The position numbers were made by a program, and so were the translations under genes. The notes under the pieces are model-generated. The model ran no database searches and was not told the DNA's origin. It worked only from the letters and a program-made list of their open reading frames with translations. This document shows positions 8,651 through 18,620 of a stretch of DNA of 64,000 nt, piece after piece (position 1 is the stretch's first letter; every line of letters begins with the position of its first letter). The stretch comes from Candidatus Nanoarchaeia archaeon (GTDB lineage: Archaea; Nanobdellota; Nanobdellia; SCGC-AAA011-G17; GW2011-AR18): contig DATDWR010000012.1 in NCBI GenBank assembly GCA_035289605.1, positions 4,792 through 68,791 of the forward strand, written 5' to 3'.

Positions 8651-10483
8651 ATGGAAGAAAAAACATACGTGGCAGATACTTCAGTTATTATAGAAGGATT
8701 AATTTCTCAATACATAAAATCAAAGAAAATATCAGGAAAAATATTAGTACCAAAGGCAGTGCTGGCAGAGCTGGAGAATCAAGCTAATCAAGGCCAGGAA
8801 ATAGGATTTTTAGGCTTGGAAGAACTGCAAAAACTGCAAGCTTTAGCAAAAGAAGGAAAAATGGAGTTGTCATTTACCGGAGAAAGGCCTAATCTTTATC
8901 AAATAACAAATGCAAAAACAGGAGGAGAAGTAGACGCGCTGATAAGGGATATAGCATTTAATGAAAGTGCTATACTTGTAACAGCAGATAAAATACAATC
9001 AGAATCTGCAAAAGCACTAGGAGTAGAAGTTATATTCTGCAGAAAAGAAGAACTAAAGCAAAAATTAGACGTAGAAGGTTATTTTGATCCTACAACAATG
9101 TCAGCACACTTAAAAGAAGACTGCACACCAAAAGTAAAAAAGGGAAGACCTGGAGAATGGAAACTGCTAGATTTCGGAAATATCCAGCTGCCTCAGTATA
9201 AGATACAAGATATTGCAAAGGAGATAGTTGAAAGGTCAAGAATAGAGCCAAACGCATTCATAGAAATATCAAGGCCTGGATCTACTATTGTACAGTACAA
9301 AGAATACAGAATAGTAATTTCCAAGCCTCCTGTTTCAGATGGTTGGGAGATAACAGCAGTAAGACCTATAAAAATTTTAAAAATAGAAGATTATAATTTG
9401 CCTGAGAAGATTTCAGAAAGATTAAAGACAAAAGCTCGTGGAGTTGTCATAGCAGGCACTGTTGGGAGCGGAAAAAGCACTTTCGCTCAAAGCCTTGCAG
9501 AGTATTATGCTTCGCATAATTTTGTAACAAAAACAGTAGAGAGCCCGAGAAGCTTAATACTGAGCAAAGAAGTAACACAGTACAGCAAAAACTTAGCTTC
9601 ATCAGAAGAAATACATGATATATTGTTCTTGTCAAGACCTGATTACATAATATTTGATGAAATGAGAAACACACCAGACTTTGAGTTGTATACAGACTTG
9701 AGATTGGGTGGTAGTAATGTTCTTGGTGTATTGCATGCAGCAACACCTATAGATGCTGTGCAGAGATTTATCTCTAGATTGGAAGTAGGAATGATACCTT
9801 CAGTTTTGGACACTTTAATTTTTATTGAAAATGGAAACGTAGGAAAAATAATGACAGTGGGAATGATAGTAAAAGTTCCTTCTGGAATGATAGAAGCTGA
9901 TTTAGCAAGACCAGTAGTGGAAGTAAGAGACTTCAACACAAACAAGCTGGAATTTGAGATTTATAGCTATGGAGAAGAAACAGTAGTAATTCCAGTTCAG
10001 GAAGAATTTGTTCATGACCCAACAAAAGCTTTGGCTGCAAAACAAATAGAAAGAGAATTCAGAGAATATGCAGACAAAGTAAAAGTTAAGGTTGTAAGCA
10101 ATGGCAAGGCAGAAGTTTATGTTCCTGAAGAAAATATTGCAAGAATTATCGGAAAAGAGGGAAGCAATATTGACAAGATAGAAAAAAAGCTTGGAATTAG
10201 TCTTGACATTAAGGAGCTTTCAGGAAGCATGGAATATGAGCATAAGGAAAGCTCTGAAAAGAATGCAATCAATTACAAGATAGAGGAGTCAAAGAAGGCT
10301 TTGATTTTCAGGCTTCCTCAGGAATACGCAGGCTATACTGCAGAAATTTATGTTGATAATCATTTCTTGCTGATGTACACTGTTGGTAAGAAGGCAGAGA
10401 TCAGGATAAACAAAAAGTCTAAATTAGGGCAGGAATTGTTGAAAGATTTGAATAGTCATAGGAATGTAGAAGTTAGAGTGTGA
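8651..10483 (+). CDS. PIN domain - PilT-like P-loop ATPase - KH domain protein (archaeal COG1855-type)
   Basis: N-terminal PIN (YVADTSVIIEG...VTADK), Walker A GTVGSGKSTF, Walker B IIFDEMR, and C-terminal KH with IIGKEGSNIDKIEKKLG. Confidence 0.8.
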   Translation: MEEKTYVADTSVIIEGLISQYIKSKKISGKILVPKAVLAELENQANQGQEIGFLGLEELQKLQALAKEGKMELSFTGERPNLYQITNAKTGGEVDALIRDIAFNESAILVTADKIQSESAKALGVEVIFCRKEELKQKLDVEGYFDPTTMSAHLKEDCTPKVKKGRPGEWKLLDFGNIQLPQYKIQDIAKEIVERSRIEPNAFIEISRPGSTIVQYKEYRIVISKPPVSDGWEITAVRPIKILKIEDYNLPEKISERLKTKARGVVIAGTVGSGKSTFAQSLAEYYASHNFVTKTVESPRSLILSKEVTQYSKNLASSEEIHDILFLSRPDYIIFDEMRNTPDFELYTDLRLGGSNVLGVLHAATPIDAVQRFISRLEVGMIPSVLDTLIFIENGNVGKIMTVGMIVKVPSGMIEADLARPVVEVRDFNTNKLEFEIYSYGEETVVIPVQEEFVHDPTKALAAKQIEREFREYADKVKVKVVSNGKAEVYVPEENIARIIGKEGSNIDKIEKKLGISLDIKELSGSMEYEHKESSEKNAINYKIEESKKALIFRLPQEYAGYTAEIYVDNHFLLMYTVGKKAEIRINKKSKLGQELLKDLNSHRNVEVRV

Positions 10484-10521
10484 TAAAATTTAAAAATAAG
10501 CTTATAAGTTTAAATTAAAAA

Positions 10522-11226
10522 ATGAGAAAACCAAAATTCAAATCTAGTTCTATAGGCAGAGGTCAGAGATTAGGTATAAGAAGTAGTGCATCAAGAAGGG
10601 CAGAAGAATTAGGAATAAAGAAACCTGTACCTGTAGAAAGTATAGACAATGCAGTTAAAGAAAAACCCGACAAACCTGTAAGTTCATCTCTAGATGATAT
10701 CATGCGCGATGGAAATGAGCACAATGAAGCACTTCCTCCTTATGCAGAGGGAAGAGAGGAAGAGTTTTTAGTAAGATCTAATTCTGGATATAATGACATA
10801 AGTAATGGTAAGGAAAACAGTAAGACATATGGTAAAAATAGTACTGCGTCAAAAGCAATACATGAATTGTTAGATCCTGCAAATCATTCTCATGAGAGTA
10901 ATGGCATAGCTAAATATTCAGCTAGAAGAAGGGCAAGGGACAAGATGTATGCAGATATAGAAAGAAGAAGAATTAAAGAATTTATGGCAGAATCTCTACA
11001 AAATGGAGAGGCATTTTCATGTAGTTATACAAGAGATGTTTTTAGGTTGATGAATTCTAGAGGTTATCCGCCAACTTACAAAGGCTTTGCAGAATTTAGG
11101 AAAAGGCACTATTTTGATGTTAAGACAGGAATTGTGAGGGCAAGAAGAGACGCACAAAGAAGATATAGTGGTGGAAAAAGAATAAGTCCTTCAGAAGTGT
11201 ATGCTGCTGCTAGGGCGAGAGAATGA
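10522..11226 (+). CDS. Hypothetical basic protein (234 aa); possible member of the dispersed orphan family
   Basis: Long ORF that is Arg/Ser/Ala-rich, with no TM segment or signal peptide. Carries TRDVFRLMNSRGYPPTYKGF. Confidence 0.6.
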   Translation: MRKPKFKSSSIGRGQRLGIRSSASRRAEELGIKKPVPVESIDNAVKEKPDKPVSSSLDDIMRDGNEHNEALPPYAEGREEEFLVRSNSGYNDISNGKENSKTYGKNSTASKAIHELLDPANHSHESNGIAKYSARRRARDKMYADIERRRIKEFMAESLQNGEAFSCSYTRDVFRLMNSRGYPPTYKGFAEFRKRHYFDVKTGIVRARRDAQRRYSGGKRISPSEVYAAARARE

Positions 11227-11292
11227 TCATAACATCAGATTTGATAACTTTTTCTTTGATAATATAGAATTCAGCAAAGAATTTCAATGTAT

Positions 11293-11679
11293 TCATTTTT
11301 CGCTTAGGCTTTTCTTCACGTTCTTGAATGTTTCGGCAATATCAATAATATACTTTCCTTCTTCCAGCCTGTAAACCATCGGCTCTCCTCTGAATAGTCT
11401 TACAAGGTCAAGCTCAAATTTTCCTGGTTTTAGTATATTAACAGATGCTAAGTCCAAAATTATTGGTTTGTCTTCTTCTAACCCAATTATGTCCATTACA
11501 TCTTTTTCTATTCTTTCTTTATCTTCAACGCTTAATTGGCTTGTTGCTTCTTTTACTTGCTCAAGCGATTCTTTTTTAACGAAGAAGAAGAATTTTCCGC
11601 CGCATGATAAACAGCCTTTCAGAATTTCCTTGCTTCCATCATCATATATTTTACTGCATCGGACGCACTGGTGTGGCAT
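11293..11679 (-). CDS. Zn-ribbon protein, DUF2072-like
   Basis: MPHQCVRCSKIYDDGSKEILKGCLSCGGKFFFF. Lies near the DUF2073 and GTPase genes. Confidence 0.7.
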   Translation of the reverse strand: MPHQCVRCSKIYDDGSKEILKGCLSCGGKFFFFVKKESLEQVKEATSQLSVEDKERIEKDVMDIIGLEEDKPIILDLASVNILKPGKFELDLVRLFRGEPMVYRLEEGKYIIDIAETFKNVKKSLSEK

Positions 11680-11786
11680 AATTGCTAAAGTGATTACATT
11701 AATATAAATGTTTTCAAAAAGGAGTTAATTATTGAAATCACTTTATAATAGTAAAATATATAAATAATTATTCATTCAGAAGACTT

Positions 11787-12221
11787 ATGAGAGCTTTATA
11801 TATGATACATGAAAGTATAAGAGTTCTTTATCTTCCAGACAGGAAAGCAGCAATAATAAAATGTTCTTTAGGCAATGACCTAGGAAAGTTCTGGTATTTA
11901 GGAAATAAAGCAGATTTAGAAAGGGCAGGAGAAATTACATGTTTATTGAAAGATGATCCTTCAGTAAGAACTTTAGATATTGATGCACAGACAGCAGAGA
12001 GGCTTGTAGCATTAGCTGAAGATCAGAGAGATCATAGAAGAAGATATTCCAGCGCATCAGAAGATTTGCAGGTAGCAGAAAAAAGTTCAGATAGCGAAGC
12101 AATAAGGAAAGAGCTTGAAAGAGATATGGATAAAGCAAGAGGGGCATTGCAAGAAAATGATTCAAGAATTAATAAATACCTTAGAGGCTTTGGTATTGAA
12201 TTTGTTGCAACAAGGCCTTAA
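11787..12221 (+). CDS. Hypothetical protein (144 aa) on the opposite strand inside the GTPase/DUF2073/DUF2072 group
   Basis: ORF with no recognisable domain, Arg/Asp/Glu-rich. It ends 1 nt before the DUF2073 stop codon. Confidence 0.55.
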   Translation: MRALYMIHESIRVLYLPDRKAAIIKCSLGNDLGKFWYLGNKADLERAGEITCLLKDDPSVRTLDIDAQTAERLVALAEDQRDHRRRYSSASEDLQVAEKSSDSEAIRKELERDMDKARGALQENDSRINKYLRGFGIEFVATRP

Positions 12222-12222
12222 T

Positions 12223-12600
12223 TTACTTTCTTTTCTTGTCCATAGTAAACAATTCTATCTTATTTGGATCTTTCTTAATTTCTCTTACAACAGTTGCAGG
12301 CCCGACTATTGTCAGCCCGGACCTTCTTCTTAGTAGCATGTAAGCAAGGTTCTTTTTTACTTTGTCCCATAACTCTAAGTTTTTGAAGTCATAGTCAAAG
12401 CTCGCTATTTCTATTCCCTTGAACTTCTTGTTTATCTCTTCCATTGTCCTCTTTATTAGTTCAGATTCCTCTAGTGGCTTTAGTCTTCCCTCAATAATCA
12501 GAATTTTGTCTTCCTTTACAGCTTTCAGTATTCTTTTCAGCTTGTCATCTATTTCCAAATATGCAAACTCGTGGTGCGGCAGGTATTGTAGTGTTAGCAT
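12223..12600 (-). CDS. DUF2073-like protein
   Basis: KILIIEGRLKPLEESELIKRTMEEI...FKGIEI matches the remembered DUF2073 pattern. Adjacent to the GTPase gene. Confidence 0.65.
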   Translation of the reverse strand: MLTLQYLPHHEFAYLEIDDKLKRILKAVKEDKILIIEGRLKPLEESELIKRTMEEINKKFKGIEIASFDYDFKNLELWDKVKKNLAYMLLRRRSGLTIVGPATVVREIKKDPNKIELFTMDKKRK

Positions 12601-12613
12601 TCTTCCTCTTTTT

Positions 12614-13237
12614 TTATTTTACTAGTTTAAATAGTTCATCATAAAATGATTCCAGGTTGTGCCCCTTCTCTGCTGATATTCCTATTGTTGAATATTGCGG
12701 GAACGCAGTTTCTATTCTTTTTATGTCAGACTTTCTTAAGTCCATTTTATTTCCTACTATTAGTACAGGTATGTTTCTCGCTGCAAGGTTTCCTATGATT
12801 GTAATATTGACTTGGCTGTAAGGATTCTGTGTTGAATCCAGCACAACTAGCACGCAGTCCATATTGTCAAGCCACTTTATTGCTTCTATTACTCCTTTTG
12901 TTGCTTCTTTTGCCCTTTCTTTTGCTTCTTTTGCAGTCATTTTGTATTTCAAGAAGTCCTCATAATCTATTTTCGTTGCTATCCCTGGAGTATCTACTAA
13001 ATTGAAGGTTAGTTGTTTTCCTTTTGATTTTACTGTTATTTTTTCTTTTACTATAATTTCTCTTGTCTCATGAGGCATAGGAGAAGCCTTGCTCATTTCT
13101 TCTCCAAGCCAGTCTTTTGTTATTCTGTTTGCTAAAGTTGATTTTCCAGAATTCGGCGGTCCATAAATGCCTAATTTCAAGTTCTTCTTTCTGCCAAATA
13201 AACCAGAGAATAGCCTTCCGATAAACTTAAACACCAT
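12614..13237 (-). CDS. Small P-loop GTPase (HSR1/MMR1-type)
   Basis: G1 GPPNSGKST, G3 DTPG, G4 NKMD. Confidence 0.8.
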   Translation of the reverse strand: MVFKFIGRLFSGLFGRKKNLKLGIYGPPNSGKSTLANRITKDWLGEEMSKASPMPHETREIIVKEKITVKSKGKQLTFNLVDTPGIATKIDYEDFLKYKMTAKEAKERAKEATKGVIEAIKWLDNMDCVLVVLDSTQNPYSQVNITIIGNLAARNIPVLIVGNKMDLRKSDIKRIETAFPQYSTIGISAEKGHNLESFYDELFKLVK

Positions 13238-13287
13238 GCTTATTTAAGCTTTTAGGCTGTTTTTAAATTTTATGGTAGTGAAGAATA

Positions 13288-14043
13288 TCAGGCGCTTATA
13301 GTATCTTGGCTAGTAAATGATTCTCTCTTTGTTTGTAGTTTTTCACTTATATCTTCAGCTTGTCCTCTATTGTCTGTAACATTTAATTGCCGCGCACACT
13401 CAAAGGCTATTTTATGTAGCAGAACACCATATGTAGCTATTTTTGCATCTTTTACTCTTCTCATTTTATTGCCTGCTTCTACTGCAAGATTTCCTGTAGT
13501 GTATAGCAGCCCTTCAGGCACAAATCCGTGGTTTACTAGGTAAAATAAAATTTCTGCTCCATCCTGAAAAAAGTCTGCTGCTGTTTCATATCTGTGTTCT
13601 TTTCCTCTTCTGCTTTTCCAGTTGCTGCTGAGCCATATGTTAGCCAGGGCAAAGTTTGCTCTCACAAAATGTTCAGTCATCTCCCATGCTTTTAAATTAA
13701 ATCTGCCGTCATATTCTTCATTTACGCTGAGTATAGTTCTTAGCACATTCGCAACAAGCTCTCTCTCTATGTTTTCGTGTCTGAGTGCATTTCTCATGTC
13801 TCCCCTGTTCATTGCCTCTTCTGCTATAAGTCCATAGCATTCTGCCATTGCATCTACATCTTCCACTGATAGGTATCCTGAAAAATTCCAAGCGCTGGCA
13901 TAAAGAGTCAGTGCTCCGCCATAATCTCTGGAATTAAAGGCAGCTCTTGCTCTGTCAATTGTTTCCACATCGCCAATATTAATATTGCTGTCTGCAACAA
14001 GAAATTCTAAGCCTCTGTTAAGGTATAGATGGCTGGTTTTCAT
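13288..14043 (-). CDS. Hypothetical protein (251 aa); core member of the dispersed orphan family
   Basis: No known domain. Carries DGRFNLKAWEMTEHFVRANF and AFECARQL. The DNA looks GC-richer than the neighbouring genes. Confidence 0.65.
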   Translation of the reverse strand: MKTSHLYLNRGLEFLVADSNINIGDVETIDRARAAFNSRDYGGALTLYASAWNFSGYLSVEDVDAMAECYGLIAEEAMNRGDMRNALRHENIERELVANVLRTILSVNEEYDGRFNLKAWEMTEHFVRANFALANIWLSSNWKSRRGKEHRYETAADFFQDGAEILFYLVNHGFVPEGLLYTTGNLAVEAGNKMRRVKDAKIATYGVLLHKIAFECARQLNVTDNRGQAEDISEKLQTKRESFTSQDTISA

Positions 14044-14082
14044 ATTTTTAATATAGTAGATTAATTTATAACAATTGCTATG

Positions 14083-15003
14083 CTACTTGGCATGAAACTC
14101 AACTGCATCTCCCTCGCTTAGTGTGTGTGAAAGGCTTACATTGCTTCCGTTGTGTTTTACGCTTTTTCCCCATACTCTTGCAAATTTGAATTTTTTTACA
14201 AAGTCTTTGTGCACTATAGATGCAAGCTGTTCAACGCTGCTTGCTTTTGTCAGTGCTACAGGAGGATAGTCTTTTTCTTTTCCAGGCTGCTTTGTATACA
14301 CGTAAATTAAATCAAGCATCCTCCATGCTGCTTCCTTGAAATCATCAACCCAGCAAATAGGATACTCAGATTTGAAGTTAGTAAGTACTTTGTTTACTAC
14401 TATAAGGCATTTTAGGCCTTCGCTTGACTTTATTTTTTTTAGTTTTATTGACGCATTTTCAAATTCTCTTTCTATAGCTTTTAGGTCTTCATTGCAGTTT
14501 CTTGTTCCGTCTAGGATTATTGTTATTAAGTCTGCACTTCTAGCTATTGCAAAGTATGTTGGCCCTTTCTCGCTTTCAGCAAATCTAGGAAATAATGATG
14601 GTATTTCTACTAGCTGTATTTTTATTCCGTTGTAGTCCATTATTGCTATTTCTGGGGTTTTTGTTGTGTATTCATATTCAGCAACTAACGGTCTTGCGTT
14701 CGTGAATTTTTGTATTATAGAACTTTTGCCTGAATTTGTTAAGCCGACTAAAACTATTTGTGCTGCTCCTTCTTTCTTTATTGACAGGCTGAAGCCTCCT
14801 GCTTTTTTTGCCCTTTCTTTTTCTATTTTTCCTTTAATTTTAGCAAGTTTTGTCTTTATCTCCATTAACAAACCTTCAGATGATTTGTGTTTTGGAGCTA
14901 AAGAATACATTTTTTCTAAAGCTTTAATCTTTTCTTGAGAAGTTTTTGCTTTTTGATACTCTTCTTGCGCTGCTCCGAATTCTGGTCCTGCATTTGTTGG
15001 CAT
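14083..15003 (-). CDS. OBG/DRG-family GTPase with a C-terminal TGS domain
   Basis: G1 VGLTNSGKSS, G4 VVNKV, and a TGS-like C-terminus (KHNGSNVSLSHTLSEGDAVEFH). Confidence 0.8.
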   Translation of the reverse strand: MPTNAGPEFGAAQEEYQKAKTSQEKIKALEKMYSLAPKHKSSEGLLMEIKTKLAKIKGKIEKERAKKAGGFSLSIKKEGAAQIVLVGLTNSGKSSIIQKFTNARPLVAEYEYTTKTPEIAIMDYNGIKIQLVEIPSLFPRFAESEKGPTYFAIARSADLITIILDGTRNCNEDLKAIEREFENASIKLKKIKSSEGLKCLIVVNKVLTNFKSEYPICWVDDFKEAAWRMLDLIYVYTKQPGKEKDYPPVALTKASSVEQLASIVHKDFVKKFKFARVWGKSVKHNGSNVSLSHTLSEGDAVEFHAK

Positions 15004-15042
15004 AAGGGAAACAGGAACGTATTCATTTATTAAATTTATTGC

Positions 15043-16005
15043 TTAATCTGGGTTTTTATTTTTCAAACCGTATAAACATATAGTAGCCTCTTCAAGATTG
15101 TCTGTTATCTGCCTTAACAAAAATAAATATGGGTCATTATTCTTAAGCATTTTATCAAACAATTCATACCTTAACTGCTTTATCTTAACATTAATAGAAT
15201 TAACATCACCTCCGAACAAATACAGACTAGCAAACTCACTATATAAACTGTTCACATTCTTAAATATCATAACTGTATCCTTCTCTATTTTTATTTTCTT
15301 GTAACAGCCAATCTTTGCTATGTCTATGTAAATATCACCAATAACCTCAAGATATATTACCAACGGTATCAATAAAGAAACATTATGACTAAAAGAATAG
15401 TTATTCAATAATTTCAAACATGTATCAACAGATATGTTCACATCATTATCAAAATATAAAAGATTCTTTAATTTTCCTTTATCATATGCAACTGTTGCAT
15501 CATAAACTTCTTTAGTTATAGTGTCCAAAACCTTCAAAATCCTTTTCAAGTATAAATCAAAATCATCAAAACTTATCTTACTTGTTTCCTTTAATACTAT
15601 TTTATTAGTAGAATGCTCCATAACCTCCAAAGTATTAAGCCTATCAGCAAGATTTCTCAGAAAACGATAAGTCTCAAGCTTTTCAGGGTCATCAGTAAAT
15701 ATTCTTCTAGAAGCGGTATTAATTATGTAGGGATTGTCAAAATTTACAGTTATCTGAGTATAACCTATAATATACAAGGCTCTGACCATACGCCATACTG
15801 AAGAAGTTGACATATTGGTTATATCTATTTCTATTTTCTTAGAACTTGAATTTATTCCTGAAGAGATAATTAATCTGTTTCCTTCTTCTTCAAGATTTAT
15901 TTCGTCTCCCTTTTTTAAACTTGTTTTTTTTACCCATTTTGAAGGCAGAGAAACTGTCAAAGTGCTTGGTCCAACTAAATTTACTTTTCTTTTCATATAA
16001 TTCAT
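15043..16005 (-). CDS. AbrB/SpoVT-type DNA-binding domain fused to a PhoU-like domain (archaeal phosphate-uptake-regulator-like)
   Basis: N-terminus VGPSTLTVSLPSKWVKKTSLKKGDEINLEEEGNRLIIS, followed by a helical PhoU-like remainder. Confidence 0.65.
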   Translation of the reverse strand: MNYMKRKVNLVGPSTLTVSLPSKWVKKTSLKKGDEINLEEEGNRLIISSGINSSSKKIEIDITNMSTSSVWRMVRALYIIGYTQITVNFDNPYIINTASRRIFTDDPEKLETYRFLRNLADRLNTLEVMEHSTNKIVLKETSKISFDDFDLYLKRILKVLDTITKEVYDATVAYDKGKLKNLLYFDNDVNISVDTCLKLLNNYSFSHNVSLLIPLVIYLEVIGDIYIDIAKIGCYKKIKIEKDTVMIFKNVNSLYSEFASLYLFGGDVNSINVKIKQLRYELFDKMLKNNDPYLFLLRQITDNLEEATICLYGLKNKNPD

Positions 16006-16118
16006 ATATTATACTAATTTATATATTTTTCTAAAAGATAATTATGTAATTACTAATAATAATTATAATTAGATAATATATATAAACACACTTATTTTAC
16101 TGATAAGGAGGTAAAAAA

Positions 16119-16901
16119 ATGTCAGAAGAAACACTAAAAGAGAAATTTAAAATTGGAGAAAGGGCGTTTTATTATGAAAACAGAGAAATTGATGAAGTAG
16201 AAATTCTTGAAAATACAAGTAACGATACATATGAAGAATACAAACTGAAAATATTAAATGTACTTAGGAATGGACCATATACAAAAGTAAATGAAAAAGG
16301 AGAAGAGTTTGAATATCGCAAACTAAGAAATGGTTCTTGCCAAGGGATAGGATTTCTTTTCGATGCAGAATACTTAGAAGCATGGTTTGGGATAAAAACC
16401 CTTTCAGAACAAGAAAGTGTTGAACGTTTAGAGAAATTTAAAAAAAGAGCGCTGGAAAAAAGAAGAGAATACGAAGTTGAAAAAAAGAAAAAAGACGGTG
16501 TTATTAATTTATATAAGACTCATAGTGGGACAATTATTATAGAACTAGAAGATGTAATTTACAGGAATGGCAAAAAACTACTTCCAACAGAAGTGCAGAT
16601 AGTTGGAGGAATGGAAAATAGTATTATAAATAACTTGCTTCAACATGGAATTTTTTATCAATTAATAAAAACACCAGATTTGGACTTTATCAATTATATC
16701 CATCCAATAATAAGTATAGGAGATCACATTGTGGCTTATAACGTAAATAATAACCTTGAAAAGCACAGTCATTATATAAGTACAGAAATAAGTTCAATAA
16801 TTCATGAAGACGTACAGGACTTTGTAGGGTTATCTATAGAAAAGATAATAGAAATGCTAGACAAAAAATATAAATTTAGGTCTGTGCCTCTAAAAAAATA
16901 A
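16119..16901 (+). CDS. Hypothetical protein (260 aa)
   Basis: ORF with a strong GGAGGT ribosome-binding site. No recognisable domain. Confidence 0.6.
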   Translation: MSEETLKEKFKIGERAFYYENREIDEVEILENTSNDTYEEYKLKILNVLRNGPYTKVNEKGEEFEYRKLRNGSCQGIGFLFDAEYLEAWFGIKTLSEQESVERLEKFKKRALEKRREYEVEKKKKDGVINLYKTHSGTIIIELEDVIYRNGKKLLPTEVQIVGGMENSIINNLLQHGIFYQLIKTPDLDFINYIHPIISIGDHIVAYNVNNNLEKHSHYISTEISSIIHEDVQDFVGLSIEKIIEMLDKKYKFRSVPLKK

Positions 16902-16992
16902 TACAGAATGAGCAATTGAAATGGAAAATATAAATTTTGCAACAGAACTTGAATGAAGTTTTATAAAATATAATTAATCAGGAGGGGAAAAA

Positions 16993-17553
16993 ATGCAAAA
17001 CACAATTTTAGAGCAAATACAAAAACATTCTAATTTTAATGTAAAGAAAAAAGGCGTTATTAGTAGATCAGTAAAACTAGAAAGATACAAAACTCTAGGA
17101 ACAAATGAAAAATTGCTGCTAAAAAATTTAGATAAGTTTGAAGCCCCATACTTGCAAGAAAAATTATTAAAAGAAAAGATTCTTACATCTACAGAAGAAT
17201 ATCAGGAAGCATTTAAAGAGTTTAAGAAATATATAGCCCTAGTCGGGATTTATCATAAAAAACTTGCTATGACAAGTAAAGCTGTTGATAATATATGGCA
17301 TCAATTTATTCTTTTCACAAGGCAGTATTGTAAATTCTGTGGGGATTTTCTAGGTTTTTACCTACACCATGTTCCAAAAACGTCATACACCCCATTAAAT
17401 AAGGAAAATGAAAAGGAATTCACAAAGTTATATAAAGAAACATACACCCAAGTAAATAAACTTTGGAATATTAAACCAAACTGTTCTAGCCGCAATAGCG
17501 GCTGTTCATCTTCAGGAATGTGTGGCAGTAGTGACTGTAGTGGGGGAGGTTAA
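16993..17553 (+). CDS. Glycine-rich-domain-protein-like (DUF1399/GRDP-like) protein with a Cys/Ser/Gly tail
   Basis: VDNIWHQFILFTRQYCKFCGDFLGFYLHHVP resembles the WHxHxL...Y...C...H motif. The C-terminus is CSSRNSGCSSSGMCGSSDCSGGG. A GGAGGGG ribosome-binding site is present. Confidence 0.5.
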   Translation: MQNTILEQIQKHSNFNVKKKGVISRSVKLERYKTLGTNEKLLLKNLDKFEAPYLQEKLLKEKILTSTEEYQEAFKEFKKYIALVGIYHKKLAMTSKAVDNIWHQFILFTRQYCKFCGDFLGFYLHHVPKTSYTPLNKENEKEFTKLYKETYTQVNKLWNIKPNCSSRNSGCSSSGMCGSSDCSGGG

Positions 17554-17572
17554 TTTTTATATTTGGTGAAAA

Positions 17573-17845
17573 ATGGAAAAAATATTGGATAAAATAATAA
17601 CTAATTATAATTATAGACCTCTAAAAGTTAAACAGGCCTATGAAATACTCCAAGTATCAATCCAAAAAAGCTTGCTAGAACTAGAATCTCTAATGGGAAC
17701 ACAAGAAATTAAAGAAAAATATCTACCACAAATTCAGGAATTAGAAGAGAAAAGAGCACGATTGAAAGAGATATTAAAAGAAAATGAAGAAACTATTTCT
17801 TATTTAGAGAGTTTACTTGAAAAACGAGATGAGGAAAAGATATAA
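17573..17845 (+). CDS. Hypothetical coiled-coil protein (90 aa)
   Basis: ORF that is Glu/Lys/Leu-rich with a heptad-like pattern. Confidence 0.5.
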   Translation: MEKILDKIITNYNYRPLKVKQAYEILQVSIQKSLLELESLMGTQEIKEKYLPQIQELEEKRARLKEILKENEETISYLESLLEKRDEEKI

Positions 17846-18006
17846 TTTAGGAGAAAAAAAATGTTAGAACGAATTATTACTGGAATCTTTTTATCTTTGT
17901 TTTCATATAATTCTAGAATAATATAAGTTTTGTAAAAAACTAAAGACATCAAAATATTTGATTAATTATTAAATAAGTATATAAAATATAACATCCTTAA
18001 ATTTTT

Positions 18007-18606
18007 ATGGAACATTATTACACAAAAGCTCCAAAATCTGAACTTAAATTATATAGAACAAGATCAATACTAAGAGAAAAAGAAATAGAATATTATACAG
18101 CATCTGGAGTATTTGCAGCAAAAAAAGTTGACAAAGGATCAGAATTACTAATAAACAAATGCATAATAGAAAACTACTGGAAAGTTTTAGATTTAGGATG
18201 TGGATATGGAATAATTGGGTTGGCATTGTTATTAACAAATCATACTTTAAAAGTTACTTTTTCTGACATAAATGAGAGAGCAGTAAAAATTACAAGAATA
18301 AATCTAAAATTACATAAACTAAAAGCAGAAGTAGTACAAAGCGATAGATTTGAAAATATAAAAGAAAAATATAATACAATACTGCTTAATCCTCCTCAAA
18401 CAGCAGGCAAGGAATTATGCTTTAGATTAATAGAAGACAGTAAAAAACATCTAAACAAAAATGGAACGCTACAAGTTGTAGCAAGGCATAACAAAGGTGG
18501 AAAAGAACTATCAAAAAAAATGAAAGAAGTATTTGGAAATATAATAGAAATTGCAAAAGGATCAGGCTATAGGATTTATGCAAGCGAAAATTTTATTAAT
18601 ACTTAG
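18007..18606 (+). CDS. Class I SAM-dependent methyltransferase, RsmC/RsmD-like (MTS domain)
   Basis: VLDLGCGYGIIGLAL (motif I) and ILLNPPQ (NPPQ catalytic motif). Stop is TAG. Confidence 0.8.
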   Translation: MEHYYTKAPKSELKLYRTRSILREKEIEYYTASGVFAAKKVDKGSELLINKCIIENYWKVLDLGCGYGIIGLALLLTNHTLKVTFSDINERAVKITRINLKLHKLKAEVVQSDRFENIKEKYNTILLNPPQTAGKELCFRLIEDSKKHLNKNGTLQVVARHNKGGKELSKKMKEVFGNIIEIAKGSGYRIYASENFINT

Positions 18607-18620
18607 AACTAATTATATAC

